64,000 bases of DNA, from assembly GCA_028534125.1 (NCBI GenBank), contig CM052817.1, positions 25,732,001-25,796,000 on the forward strand, written 5' to 3'. The notes under the pieces are model-generated. The model had not been told where the DNA came from and made no database searches. It worked only from the letters and a program-made list of their open reading frames with translations. This DNA is from Lama glama. Taxonomy: Eukaryota. Positions 38,317 to 51,580 of the stretch are shown piece by piece. Positions within the stretch are counted from its first letter, which is position 1; the number at the start of each line of letters is the position of its first letter. The position numbers and the translations under genes are program-made.

Positions 38317-38849
38317 AAAAGCATTTCTCTTGAAATCAGATTTAAAGAGAGAGCTGTTTTTACTGGTACCTAACAGAATGTTTTTCTTATCCTTTTCTAA
38401 ATGAAAGAAAATAAAATCTGAAAAATCCTAATAGACTTTTAAAAGAATCTGTGCAATTGAGTAACCTGACAGTTTACTTTAGTCCTGCAGTTTCAAATAT
38501 TTATGATACTGTATTTGCATGACTCTCAGAGACCTTTAAAATTTCTTTTATCCAGGATACTGCTGATAATCGTAGCCATAGTTGAAAGGCACTTTGGAAA
38601 TCATTTGGTCTAACACCTGTTATACAAATGAAGTAACAGAACAAGAAAGTAAAACTGTATGTTTGAGATTACAAAGTGATTGCATAAATCCCTGTCCTTC
38701 TACACTGTAGTTTTGTTTGCCTTTGCTGCTTGGCTAACATCATAGATTAGAGCTAATAAGAGTCACAGGTAGAACTTGAACCCAAATAAAGTTCTGTGCC
38801 TTTCCCACTGAACTGTTCTGCCTCTTGAATGTAGTTTGTGTAAAATTGC

Positions 38850-39825
38850 TAGGATGAAGGCTGTGATAGATATATAAACATGACATTATGAAAATAATTG
38901 GAGTAGCCCACCCAGACTGATCGTGGGGAAGCTGGGAGAATCTCTGAAGTGTCAATCTGCATCCTTAGTTAGCTACCAAAGGAAGGGGCATGATAGCTCA
39001 GGCAAGTGGGAGATTGTACCTAGTTATGAAGTCATGAGCAAATATATTGTGTTCTGGAATTTGAAGATAGCTTGCATGGCTAGAGTGCAGAAATAAAAGG
39101 GCAGTGTTGAGAGATGAGGCTGGAGAGGGAAGCAGATCACGAAGAATCGCTAGTCATGCCACAGGGTTTAGATTTTATCCTAAAAGCAATGAGAAAGCAC
39201 TAAAGGATTTTAAATAGGGAATGGCATTATTAGCCCTTTATTTTCGAAAGCTCCTATGACTGCATTGCAGAGAATGGATTGGAGAGGTCAAAGTAGAAAT
39301 CCATTAGGAAGTCTGTTGGATTCAGACAAGTGAATTAAGCACTCTCTGGCAGTAGAGGTAAAGAAATTAACTACCAGGGTCAAAAGCTGCTTAGGAGGTA
39401 GAACTGATGCAACTTAATGACCATGTGAATGATGGGGAGTCAAAAAATGAAGGGTCAAGAAGAATTCTGATTTGTACAACTAAGTTAATAAAGGTACTGT
39501 TATCTAAGACAGAATACAGAATGAAGAGCTGATTTTTGAAGGTGGGGAAAGAAGTTGAGGATGGAACCTTGTTCCCAGAGCTTCTTGACACCTTTAATCT
39601 TCTTAAATTCTAAGGAGAAGTTTTGAAAACTACTTCTTTAGGTTGTTGAAGCCAAGGGGAAGAGAGTGACATCAACCAAAGAGAACACAAGAGCATAGGG
39701 TTGGAAACCTAGGAAATACTAGTATTTATTGGTAGTTCCCAAATCTGCTGAAGGAAGAAATTTTAACATCATCGGATGCTACAGAGAAGACAAGATAAAG
39801 ACACAAAATAATCCACTGGATTAGC
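38850..39825 (-). mobile_element. L2 LINE fragments
   Basis: gagatgaggctggagagg, gattttatcctaaaagcaatgagaaagcactaaaggattttaa, gcagagaatggattggag. Confidence 0.7.
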
Positions 39826-39826
39826 C

Positions 39827-40011
39827 CAGTGGTTTCCAAAGTGCCATCCTAGCTGTAGGATCATCTCTATGTGGGAAACTGTTTAAAATCCAAATAATTA
39901 GGCCACCACTCTACACCTGCTGCATCTGAAACTCTGGGGATGGGCCAGGCAAACTGTGTTTTAAAAAGCCCTCAGGTGCATCTAACGCACACTTGAGTTT
40001 GAGAACCACTG
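39827..40011. mobile_element. MER5A (hAT-Charlie MITE)
   Basis: Terminal inverted repeats cagtggtttccaaa / tttgagaaccactg, internal gaaactctggggatggg, about 185 bp. Confidence 0.85.
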
Positions 40012-40347
40012 TTCAAGCCTGATGAGTAGCAATGATGGAAGCCACATTGCCCTGTATAATGTAAACAAGTTAATAACACCTTTTTGAGCAATTTTTCTGT
40101 TTTACAGTGATAATACTGTTTGCACCATTGTGACATTTAGAAATAGTAGAGGGGTTTTTGTTTTTGTTTTTTTTCTTACTAAAAGTAAAGGGCAAGTTTG
40201 CAGAAAGGAGTTGTCAAGTCATAAAGTTTTGAAGTAGACTAAAATCATCAAGAAAAGGTTGGATTATATTCTGAAAGTTTTATTTTAAAGGATAGGAAAA
40301 TGATGAAGTAGCTAAGAGAGTAGATCTTAAAACTTCTTAAAAAAAAT

Positions 40348-40505
40348 TGTAACTGTGCAGGGGTAGATGTTAACTAGCCTTACTGTGGTAATCATTTTCA
40401 GTATATACATATATCACATCATTACATTGTATACATGAAACTAACATGTTGTATGTCAAATATATCTCAATAAAAATTAAAACAAAAAAGATGAAAACAA
40501 AAAAT
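40348..40505 (+). mobile_element. L1MA-type 3' end with polyA signal and A-rich tail
   Basis: gatgttaactagccttactgtggtaatcatttt...tgtcaaatatatctcaataaaaa. Confidence 0.75.
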
Positions 40506-40870
40506 GTCTAATGCCTAACAAATAAATGATTTTTTTAAATTGCCATTAGGTCCAGTTACTTAAAGAATTTACTTTTGTGAAATAGTTCCTTTCTCAATGA
40601 GGTCTTACTCTACTCTGTTGATATGAAGCATTCTATTTAACCTAGCTAGAAGGTGTTCAGCTTAAACATTAGTAAGTTTATGGTAGTGTCTCCTTAAAAT
40701 GATGTAGGAAATGATATATATAATTATAATCCTCTACCAAATGATCATTTTAGTGTGGCTTTTTAAAAACCCGAATAATCCAGAAGACAAATATGTGTGG
40801 TTTTATTTTACCTTTGAAAGTTTCTGGACTTTTCTGTTTGATCACATTTTAAATAATGTGGATAGAAATA

Positions 40871-41061
40871 CAGTAGACCCTTGAACAGCATGGGGATTTA
40901 TCTATGTATAACTTATAGTCTGCTCTCCATTTCTGAGGTTCCCCCACAGCTGTGGATTCAACCCACCACAGACTGTGTTAAACTGTAGTATTACTATTGA
41001 AAAATACACATGTGTAGGCCAACTGGTGTAGTTCAAACCAATACTGTTCAAGGGTCAACTG
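40871..41061. mobile_element. Tigger2-family MITE
   Basis: Terminal inverted repeats cagtagacccttgaacag / ctgttcaagggtcaactg, preceded by TA. Confidence 0.85.
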
Positions 41062-42056
41062 TGTTAGGACATTATTTTAAAGATTTTGACACCTAAATTC
41101 TCAGTGTTCCCAGTGGTTAGCCTGTATTACAGGTATCTTGGTCTTCCCTATTCTGTTCCAATTCTCATTACTGTTTTTGACTAAAATTCAGAAATGTAAA
41201 ATGAATCAGTATTTACCTTTATTTACCTTTTAATATATAAGTTTTGGATACCAAAACATTTTTTAAAGCCTATAGAGTTCATAAATCATTCACAGTCTAT
41301 TTTTCACTCTGAGCAGTAGGGGGACAGTTTTAGAGAATAGTCATATGGTGAACAAGTATGTGAGTGAAGATAAAAATTTACAAATTGAAAATGTTTCTTC
41401 TATTTTCTAAATGTTCCCATTTTAATACTTTGCCATTCTTTTATGGCAGAGAAGTTACATAGTATTCACCTAAATGCAGAGTATATGAGAGTTTCTATTT
41501 TGCAGTCCTCTCTCTGTGCCTTCTGAATGATTTTCCAGATGATATCTGGTACCTTCCATTTGATTAATTGGACCCTTGGATTAATGGATTCATATTTTCT
41601 TCCATTACTTTCCTTTCTCTACTTAAATATAATTAATCCTATTATTCATAAATGATAGACATTGTCCAGCATGCTGAGAAACATATTTTATTTCATATTG
41701 CAGCCACTATTAAGTCTTCTAAAGCTTTACTTTCTATAGTTTTTTCACATTTATTTTTATTTAGAAAGGACTAAAACAATTACATCTATATAATGGAAGT
41801 AATATGAACACTAAGATTAATCTAAATGAGCCAACTCAGGGCATATTCATTAATGATTTCTCTAGCAAGTGTAACTATATTTTGTGTGCACAGAATATGG
41901 AATAATTAATACCAGAATTTATACTCTGGCATAGGTCTTGAGACTTATGTCTTAATTTGCCTTTTTTGCCTTTAGCATGCTGTTCTTGGTTTCCAAGTGC
42001 CGCAAGCTATTACAGTGACTTTTGTTAGAGACTCTTCCTTCTTTTCTATTATCAAA

Positions 42057-42780
42057 ATATGGACATATTCTCAACATTATTAGCCATTAAGGAAAAGCAA
42101 AGTAAAACTCCATTTCCCACCCACTCAAGTGGCTAAAAAAGTAGTGATAATTAGGGTGAGAATGTGAAGAAACGGGAACCGTCATATACTGCTTGAGTGA
42201 ATATAAAATAGTGCAGCCACCTTGGAAAACAGTTTGGCAGTTTCTTAAAAAGTTAATACAAATTTACCATATGCTGCAGCAGTTCTACTCCTAGGTATCT
42301 ACCCAAGAGAAATGAAAATATATATCCACACAAAGACATGCACACAAATGTTCTTAGCAGCTTTATTCATAATAGCCCAAAACTGGAAACAACATAAATG
42401 TCCATCAGCTGGTGAGTGGATAGACAAAATGTAGTGTATCCATACAATGAATTATTATTCAACAATAAAAAGAAATACTACACATGGATGAACCTCAAAA
42501 ACATCCTAAATGAAAAAAACAAGACACAAGAGACCACATATTGTATGATTATACTTATATAAGACATCTGAAAAAGGCAAATCTATAGAGAGAGATTAGC
42601 ACTTGGAATAGAAGTTGGGAACTGAGATTAACAGTAAACAGGCATGTAGAATCTAACTGGGGAGATGAAAATGTTCCAAAACTGGTTTTTGGTAATGGTT
42701 GCACAACTTGGTAAATTTACTAAAAATCATTGAATTGTATACCTCAGTGGTGAGTTATATGATGTATAAAATATACCTTA
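42057..42780 (+). mobile_element. L1MB-like 3' end with target-site duplication
   Basis: ttggaaaacagtttggcagtttctt, ctcctaggtatctacccaagagaaatgaaa. Flanked by tattatcaaa at 42047 and 42781. Confidence 0.85.
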
Positions 42781-42790
42781 TATTATCAAA

Positions 42791-44090
42791 TACAATCCTG
42801 CAGTGTTTCAAAAGGATAATACACTATGACCAGGAAGGTCTTATTCCAGGAATACAAGAATGATGAAGTATTAGGAAATCTGTCAAGGTAATTGTATCAA
42901 TAACTTAAGGGAGAAAAAGCCATGTATGATCATATCGATATATGGATAAAAGATATTTAGAAAAAATAAGCAACCATTCTTAATTTTGGAGGTCTAAAGT
43001 AAAATAGAGAAGAAAGCAACCTATGTATAATAAAGATAGATTACTAAATGCTATATTAACTATTATCCTAAATAATGAAACACTAAAACCATGTCAGTTT
43101 AAAACAGAAAAATGGATATTCGACTATTTAACATTGCTTTGAAGATTTAGCAATTGCAATGATAAAATAAAAATGAAATAATTGGCACATACATTAGAAA
43201 AAATGTAACTATCCCTGTTTGGTGATTATTATGATTGGGTGCCTAATAGCTAGAGTTTTATAAAGGAATGTGGTATAGTAGTAGGTTATAATAGAAGTGT
43301 ACAATAATCAGTAGAGTTTTCTCTCCTCCAGCAAAATATATGTAAAATGGAAATTCAGAAATCCACTCCCAATAACAACAAAAATAATAAAATTTGTACA
43401 AATATATTTAATAAAAGAAAGGCAGATACCTATATAAAGAAAGCTATAAATAGAAAAGCTTCTTGAACAGAAAGACTTAAATCATAAAAATGTAAATTTT
43501 CCCAAAATAATAAATAAGTTTAATGTAGTTTTAATGTGTTAGAATTCCAACAGGATCAAGATGGTGAAGAGGAATTAGATAAATTAATCTTTACTTTATG
43601 TGAAAAGTAAAATCTCAAAAATAGCCAAGAAAACTATGAAAATAAACAGTGAGGGGTAGATTTATATCATAAAAACAGAATATGCTATAAAGACACTGTA
43701 ATAAAACATAGTATTAGAAAAGAAAAAGACAAGTAGACTAATTGAACAGAGTAGAGAATCCGCACCACCCCCTCAGAAAAAGGGATCTCAGATATCTAGA
43801 GATCTATTTATGACCAAGGTTCAATTCAGTTGGACATAGAGGAAATTATTTAGTAAATGGCCCTGGTACAGAACAGGCTATCCATCTGGAAGAAGAAAAA
43901 AATATTCCTCAACTCATACTCTTTTTAAAAATTAGTTTCACATGGATCAATAGCCTTAATAAAAGAAATAAGGCAATAAAGAGATTGAGAGGGGAATGGA
44001 GAATCAAGCACAAAAGGAAAAGAAATACATTTTTAAAAGGCAGTTGTAATTATATTTACAAATTTATATAAAATTACATAAGTAAAAAAA
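42791..44090 (+). mobile_element. older degenerate L1 ORF2 fragment
   Basis: tattccaggaatacaagaatg, aaaatagccaagaaaactatgaaaa, ggctatccatctggaag. Confidence 0.65.
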
Positions 44091-44586
44091 TAGAATTCAG
44101 TGAAGCACAAGGATTTTAATTCTTTTAGAATAATCACCATTTGAAGTTCTTTGCCCTTCAAAAAATTGGGAAGTTTTGTTTTTGCTGTTGTTGCTGGCTG
44201 AACATTGTTTAGAGAGGTCAGATAAATGCAATCTAATTAGTCAACTCCTACTTGTAATTATTCTTCAGTTAAAACTATTTCTAATTTTAAAAGGAAAATC
44301 ATTTATTTTGGAAAATATAGAAAAGAACTAAAAAAAAGTTATTGAAAAAGCACCATTTTCCCCACTACCAAGAGAGAAGCACTGTTAAGATCTTAAAGTA
44401 CCACTTACCTTCCTCAGTTTTTGTTTTGAAATGTAAAATGTAAATGTTGCATTTTTTTTTAGTTAAAAATAGATGTCCAGACTTGGATATTTTTAAAGGA
44501 GATCATTTCCATTTGGGACTAGCTTATTCTTTTAACCTTACAATTTTCTTGGTCATTCAATATATAAACTCACTATTCTTTTCTAG

Positions 44587-44773
44587 TTCTTGGCAGACAT
44601 CGAAAATAATGCACTTTTTCGAGATGATATAGAATGTCAGAAGCTCATTATGGAAGCAATGAAGTATCACTTATTACCAGAGAGACGGCCCATGTTACAG
44701 AGTCCTCGGACAAAACCTAGGAAGTCAACTGTCGGTACATTGTTTGCAGTTGGAGGAATGGATTCAACAAAAG
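44587..44773 (+). CDS. KLHL5: KLHL5 coding exon 6 ([11 protein letters not shown]...[23 protein letters not shown]), linker and Kelch 1 start
   Basis: Acceptor ttcttttctag|TTC, donor AAG|gtatta, 187 nt. Confidence 0.96.
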
Positions 44774-44837
44774 GTATTAAGTAATCTTTTATTTGAAGGA
44801 ACAGGAAAAATGAATATAAATTAGTAATAAATATGGC

Positions 44838-45900
44838 CAGAGAGCTCCTGGGAGAAGCAGCTGGTTCTAGCACTGGGGTCGGAAAAGTACCAGATAAGCC
44901 TAGAACATCATGTTATTCCAGAAAGTAAGGTAGCGCTCAAAGAATGATGGAGACAGGTCAAGAGACACAGGAGACAGTGTGTAGGGGCTCCCACTGTCCA
45001 AACCAGAGATAATTTCAGCATCAAAGTAAAGAATGATAATAAAAGATTATAAATAGGGGAATGCTAACTGATTAAAACATAGAAGCAAGGATGGGATTAG
45101 AAAAATCATCATTTGGCAGTCACCATATTAATAACCAGTTCAGTCAAGAATCATCAACGGATGTTAAGGCTGGTAGGTAGAAGTTTGAGGACAGGATTTT
45201 TAGACTCAAATTATCTCCCAGCTGCTTGTTTATTAGTTATAAAACATAAAATGGTATCTTTACAGTGGAGAGATCTGGCACACAGCACCTTAACTAAATA
45301 ATCAAAGTTCGTGTCGTCAGTAATGAGACTAACCAGCAGCCTGTGCTTCTTATGATGCCCTGAGAACTCAGCTGCACATCTGTGGTGTTCTTGCCAAAAG
45401 TGTATAATCCAGACTTCACCATGAGGAAAAGACCAATTCACGTTGAGAGACATCCTTCAAAAGAACTTGTGTGAAGTATCCCAAAATGTTAATATCAAGA
45501 AATGCAAAAGAGACTGGGGAATTGTCTCAGATGAAAGAGAGTAAAGAGGCATGACAGCTATTATAAAACATCATCTTAGATTGCCTTCTGCTGTGAAGGA
45601 CATAATTGGGACAAATGACAGAATCCAAACAAGGCCTGTAGATTAGATAACAGTATAGTATAAATGTTGATTTCCAGATTTTGATGGTTATATTATGGTT
45701 TTGTAAGAGGATTTCTTGTTTTGAAGAAGATACACCACAGTATTTAGGGGTACAAGGGCATCATTTCTGCAACTGACTGTTAAACAGCTCAGAAAAACCT
45801 CCTGCATACATATACACATGCATAGAAAGCAAATGTAAAAGATACAGATTGGGGAGATCTGGCTCAAGAGTATCTGAGAATTCTTTGTGCCCTTCTTGCA
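44838..45900 (+). mobile_element. L1MC3-like 3' end
   Basis: agagctcctgggagaagcagctggttctag, cagataagcctagaacatc, tttacagtggagagatctggca, ttctttgtgcccttcttgca. Confidence 0.75.
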
Positions 45901-46079
45901 GTAGTAGTTACCCAGAGTAACAGTAATAGCGACAGACACCATACACAGTGCCTACTCAGTGTCAGGTATTGTGCTAGAATCTTTTGTGTATGTATTATTT
46001 CTAAGTATAATGTATCTACTTCCTCTGAATTGCTGGTCCTAATAGTCTGCCATCCCCTGACAATACTTCTGACTTCTGG

Positions 46080-46515
46080 CCACCTCTCTGGTCTCCGCTC
46101 ATTCTACTTCTCCCCTCCCTCCTTCTGTTCCAGCCTCATTGGCCTCCCTGTTCATCTGACATTGCATTAGCTGTTCCCTCTCACTGGGAGGCTCTGCACC
46201 CTGATATCAGAATGCCTGGCAGAATTTCTTCACTCAGACCACCTCTCAAATGTCAGTTTACCAAAGAGGACTTCCATGACCATTCAGGAGCAACCTCTTG
46301 CCCATCACTTTCTAATCTTCTGCTTACCACTTTCTCCTTACTCTGCTTCCTGTTTCTTCATAGCATCTGACACATTTGTTTGTAGTCTGTCTACCTTTTC
46401 CCCTCAAATAAGCTCCAGGAAAGCAAGGATTCTGTTTGGTTCACTGATATTCCCGTAGCCTAGAACAGTACTTTGTACATAGACAGCATCAGTAAGTATT
46501 TGTCAAGTGAATGAA
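46080..46515 (+). mobile_element. L2 LINE 3' end
   Basis: ctgttccagcctcattggcctcc...taagctccaggaaagcaaggat...gcctagaacagta...agtgaatgaa. Confidence 0.75.
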
Positions 46516-47259
46516 GGTTGTCCACTGCCATCTCTTGTATTACTTGTATGACTAAAGCACTTGGTGTACTGATCATTTCTAAAGGTTTCTCTTTTATGTG
46601 ACATCTCTAAGGAATATAAAAATAGGAGCTCTAGCTGAAAATCTTGCATTGTTATTTAACTTTCAGGTTCATGAAAGCAGAGATATTGATATAGATATAG
46701 TGATTATCCCATATAGCATATACCATAGTGCTAGGTAGGTATAGATGCTTAAGTTTTAAACATAGGTTTGATGACTAAATGGTACAGAAATACATAAAGT
46801 AAGATAACTGACTAGAGTTATAGAAAATTTTTGGAGATGTCCACTATCCTGATAATCAGTCTGAAAATACAAATTAAGTATCTACTTTGTGCCGGGAACT
46901 GGGATTGGCTTTGTAGTCATTACTAGCGCTTCCTCTTTCCCTCTTTCTTTCCCTTTTGTTTTTCAAGACTTTAACTGTTGTCTCTGTATCAATTATACTC
47001 TCTCACTCTGATTTTGTTCTCATACTTCCAACTTGTATAAAATATCTGCTTGATGTTCAACTTTCACCTCAAATTTGGTGTATCCAGATCTTCTCTAACC
47101 ATGTTGCTCAGACTTTAGAACTTGGGCTCATAATTCAGTGCTCTTCAATGGACTCAACTCTGACTCATTTAAGCAGGCAAGGAATTTATTGGAAGGCTAC
47201 TGAAAAATGGATAGGACTACATCCACTGTCCCTGCTTCCTTATAATTCTTCCTTTAGAC

Positions 47260-47379
47260 TTTTTTTAAACTTTTTTATTTTTAATGATTTTTTTTTCTTT
47301 TTTAGGGGAGATACTGGGGATTGAACCCAGGACCTCGTGCATACTAAGCATGTGCTTACCAATGAGCTATACCCTCCCC
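47260..47379 (-). mobile_element. tRNA-Ala-derived SINE (Vic-1-like, camelid type)
   Basis: Reverse complement reads GGGGAGGGTATAGCTCATTGGTAAGCACATGCTTAGTATGCACGAGGTCCTGGGTTCAATCCCCAGTATCTCC plus an A-rich tail. Pol III A and B boxes are present. Confidence 0.8.
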
Positions 47380-47759
47380 ACTAGATTTTAAATTCTAGGT
47401 GCAAGCATCCATTTGACTAGCTTTAGGTCAGTCCTGGGCCCTAACATTCCAAGGACAAAGAGAAGGAATATCTGTCTTTTCAGTTTTCTGGGAGATAGGT
47501 TCCTGTTCCTGCCTCCCACCAAAGCTCATACATACAGTGAAAAATTCTGCAAGCATGGGAAGGGAACTCGGCTACTAAGTAGCCAAGTAAACAGTATAGA
47601 TTTCCTCTCTCTCTGTCTTCCTCTCTCTGACTTAAACTCCAACAGTCGCAAAGTAGCTTCTTTCAAATGACTCTCATTCTTCCAAATTTCCACTGCTGTC
47701 TTGCTATTTCCAGTTAGCCTCCTGTCAGCCCACAAATTTTAATTATGTTAGCTTTATGG

Positions 47760-47990
47760 GAATAGCATTCATTATATGGTTAATAGGTGCCAGGCATTAT
47801 GCTAAGCCCTTGCCCTATATTATTTTATTTCATCTTCCTAGCAACTCTGTATTATTGCCCTTTTATAGGGGAGGATAAAGGAGGGTACTGAGACTTAGAG
47901 AAGTTAATTAACTTTCCCAGGATCACACAACTAATTAGTGATGGAATCAAGATTCAAGCAGGCATTTTGACTCTGAAGACTCTACTCTGC
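47760..47990 (-). mobile_element. MIR SINE
   Basis: gtgccaggcattatgctaag...actgagacttagagaagttaattaactttcccaggatcacacaact. Confidence 0.8.
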
Positions 47991-50108
47991 TTGACTCTAA
48001 TGTTAACTCTTCTGTTAGCATGCCATTACTCTGCTCAAAAACTCCAGCAATCTTTATTTCTTACTACATAAGGTGTAAATTCTTTTTCAAGACTTTCTAT
48101 AATCTGGCCTTTGTGGCTTGACCCACTTCATTTCTAAGTCTTTTTAATAATCAAGAACTGCAATTCTATCCTATTCACACTGTCTTCCCAGGCCTTAACT
48201 TATCTTATTCCCAATGTCTTCATAATGAAGAGCAATTTGCATTAGTTGGATGGTAGTCAGATTATTGGGTTCTTAGTCCCTTTGTATATCTGTTTAGTAT
48301 AGACATCAGCAAATAAGCCAATATGGTTCTAAATAGCCACTAAAAAAGTCAGAATATATTTGTGCTTACTTTTTTTTAAGATTAGTCCTTCAGTATGAAT
48401 TATGGAAGTTCCAAGCTTTTACATAGGATTTTGCAAGTTTCCTAGGATTTTGTTATTTGAGGATATATTTTTAAGATATATGTTTTAGACTATATTTTAA
48501 GATCTTATGTCTTTAAAAATTATATTTGATATTAGCAAAAGAATCTTTAGTTCCCCATTCATAAGACTGTGATACTGCTTAGTGAACCATATCTAAAAGA
48601 AATAACTTAAAATTCAAATTTAAAATGTTCTTTAAATTCATTGGTGAGGAGAGATGATTAGCATTGCTTTTTTTTTGGAGGAAGGAAGGTCAAGTTTACA
48701 GTGATTATTCAAGTGTACTATTACATAAAATAATCTAAGAGTATGAGTAAAATCTCATTATAGTTAAAAATTACAAAGAAAGAATATTCAAATTCAAAAA
48801 TATTTTTGAATAGCTACTATGTATAATGGAGTCTATTTTATGAAAATGCGAAGATGGAAAAAGACTTGGTATTTATCCCAAGTAACTTAAAATTTGTATA
48901 AAGTAAATAAAAATAATAAAAGCTATAATATATGAGAAAAAATATTCCGTGTGTTTGTGTATGTATTTCTGAATTTTAGGAGATTGCCAATAGCATTAGT
49001 TCTCTGATGATCTAGTTGTAACAAGCACCTTAGAATAAATGTTTGTCTTGATTGTCATCCTATAAGAATATCACTAATTGCATGCTGTATTAGAGGCTTA
49101 GAAGAGAGAAGTAAAGTAGATATTAATGGGACTCTTCATAACTGAGGGTCGGGTAAATTTGTTTTAGAGGAGTGGGTCTTTTCTGTTTCCCCTTAACTCC
49201 ACTGGTCTAACCTCATAAAGAGAATAAAAGAGTTCCTTGGATCTTTTAATTCTTAAAAAAAATGTAGACACCATCTGATAGTTGTTCCCTGAACTTTCCA
49301 CTTTCATAGTTCCCAAAGCACTTGATCCGCACTTACACTCTTGCCTTTCCCGGTTGCAGTAGAGTGTGTATCCCCTCCCTCCTCCTATGAAAGCCAGCCC
49401 CTCACCTGTGCCCTGGCACTGCCCTTTCCTGCCTCGTCAGGAACCTCACACTGTGAATGAGCATCCCTTCATCTCCTGTATTTTCAGCTGCTTTCCTCAC
49501 TACTAGATCCTTCCCATTAACATTTAAGCAAACTCAAGTTTTTCCAATTTTGAAAGCAAAACAGAACAAAACCTCTCTCAACCCACCTAGTAATTCTTCT
49601 TTCTCTCCTTCCTTTTATAGGCACACTCCTTAGAAGAATCATCTGTGCTCAGTGTCTCCATTTTCTCACCTCCCAATCATGTCTCAACCACTCAAACAAG
49701 GGACTTCCCCTAAAGTCATCCATGACCTCCATGTAGCTAAATCCAGGAGTATGTTTTAGTCTTCATCTTACTTGATCCTCTCAACAGCTATACAGTTTTT
49801 TACTTTGGCTTCCATCATTCTAAACCACCCTGCTTTCCTCCCATTTCTGGCTGCTGCTTCTGAGCCTCCTTTGACAGATAATCCTTTCTCACTTGACCTT
49901 TTAATACCAGAGTATGGTGTACATCCTAGAGAATAGTAGGACTTGGGGGCAGAGATATTAGAGACCAGATCATGCAGGGGTTTATTGGAATATAATAGAA
50001 GTATTATTGTCAATGCTAATAGAATTATACTTCTGTATGTGTAATTTCATAAAATATTCAATCATGGTAAGCTTTTTATTTGCATCACTTCTACCAATTA
50101 CTATCAAG

Positions 50109-50333
50109 GAGCAACAAGCATTGAAAAGTATGACCTCCGTACAAATATGTGGACTCCTGTAGCAAATATGAATGGGAGGAGGCTACAGTTCGGTGTTGCT
50201 GTGTTAGATGACAAACTGTATGTGGTTGGAGGAAGAGATGGACTGAAAACTTTGAATACTGTAGAATGCTACAACCCCAAAACAAAAACTTGGAGTGTGA
50301 TGCCTCCTATGTCTACACATAGGCATGGCCTTG
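50109..50333 (+). CDS. KLHL5: KLHL5 coding exon 7 ([15 protein letters not shown]...MSTHRHGL), Kelch repeats
   Basis: Acceptor ctatcaag|GA (weak), donor TTG|gtaagt, 225 nt, phase 1-1. Kelch GG/Y/W motifs present. Confidence 0.94.
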
Positions 50334-51036
50334 GTAAGTATAATGGCAGATTTGTTCATAATGTCATATCCTAGGCTTGCGTGGCATTTTACATTCTTTA
50401 CCAGGCAGGAGATCAGTTGTGGCAGCTGCTCAGTCAGCAGCCACCAAGCATTGCTTCACATGCTGCCTGTTATCTGAAAAGTAGAAGCAGAGAAAGCAAG
50501 CAGGTGCATAAAGGTATTAAGTGCAACCAGCACAAGTGAAAACGTGAATATTTAAGAATTGGGGTATAGCATGGACTGACAAGCCATCTTTTGACATATG
50601 TGTTCTGTGTTGACAATTAGTGTTATCTAACCTAACTGAAATGCTTATTTAAAAATCTTTAGCATTATTGTGTTTCCTCTTTATCTCTTGGTTTTTAAGC
50701 AGAAATGAATAAAACCCAGAAAAACTTTGAGGTAGCACAGAGTATGTAATGATAGAGACTTTTCATTCTTTAGTTCAATGATTGACTGAGTAGACATTGA
50801 TTAACATGTGCTGTGTACTGTGCTCTTTGTTCTGTAGATATACAAAGATGAGGAAGACACTATCGTTACCCTCAAGGAACTGATGCTTATTCTGAAATGA
50901 ATAGAATAGAATTTAGGGTTTTTGTATCAAGTGACCTCTCTTTCCTCATAGGAGAAAGAATAGATGAAATACAAAGAATTGTTTACTGAGAGTGAAGGAA
51001 AGGAAAATAAAATTAAGTGGGGCTTGAGTGTATGTG

Positions 51037-51580
51037 TATCACCCAGATTTTGCTGCATAACAAACCACTCCAGAGCTTTGAGGCTGAGACCAACAACCAT
51101 TTATTTAGCTCGTGGATCTGTGCATCAGCTGGGCAGTTCTTCTGGTATGGGCTGTCTTAGAAGATTTCTGCGGGGTTTTCTCATGAATCTGGGGTGGGCA
51201 GGTTGGTTGGTTGGTTGCTCTAGAATGGCCTCACTCTCATGTGTAGTGGTAGACAGGCTGTCAGCCTGGGCAGCAGAGGCAACTGGACCATATGCCTCTA
51301 ATCACTCAAGCTAGCCCAGGCTTCTTCACATGCTGACAGTCAAAGAGTTTCAAAAGCAGCAAGAGAAGCTAGGTCCCAATGCACAAAGACTTTTCAAGCT
51401 TCTGCTTGCATCATGTTTGCTAACATCCCATTGGCCAAAACAAGTCACATGGGCAAGTCCAGCTTCAAAAAGTAGAGAAATAGACTCCTCCTCTTGATGG
51501 GAGGACCTACAGAGTCACATTGCAAATAGGCATGCATTCTGGGAAAGGAAGAATTTGTGACTCTATTGTTAATTTATCAC
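51037..51580. mobile_element. MaLR solo LTR (MLT1H-like)
   Basis: ttgctgcataacaaaccac, caacaaccatttatttagctc, cccattggccaaaacaagtcacatgg, ctcttgatgggagga. Confidence 0.8.

Noticed and set aside
41313..41327. Second CTCF-like motif gcagtagggggacag
   Set aside because: Lacks the core GGC and has no supporting context.
47305..47379. Functional tRNA gene
   Set aside because: Extra 5' bases, degenerate D arm, altered anticodon region and an A-rich tail indicate a SINE.
50964..51314. 116-aa ORF
   Set aside because: Mostly inside an MLT1H-like LTR, with no domain.
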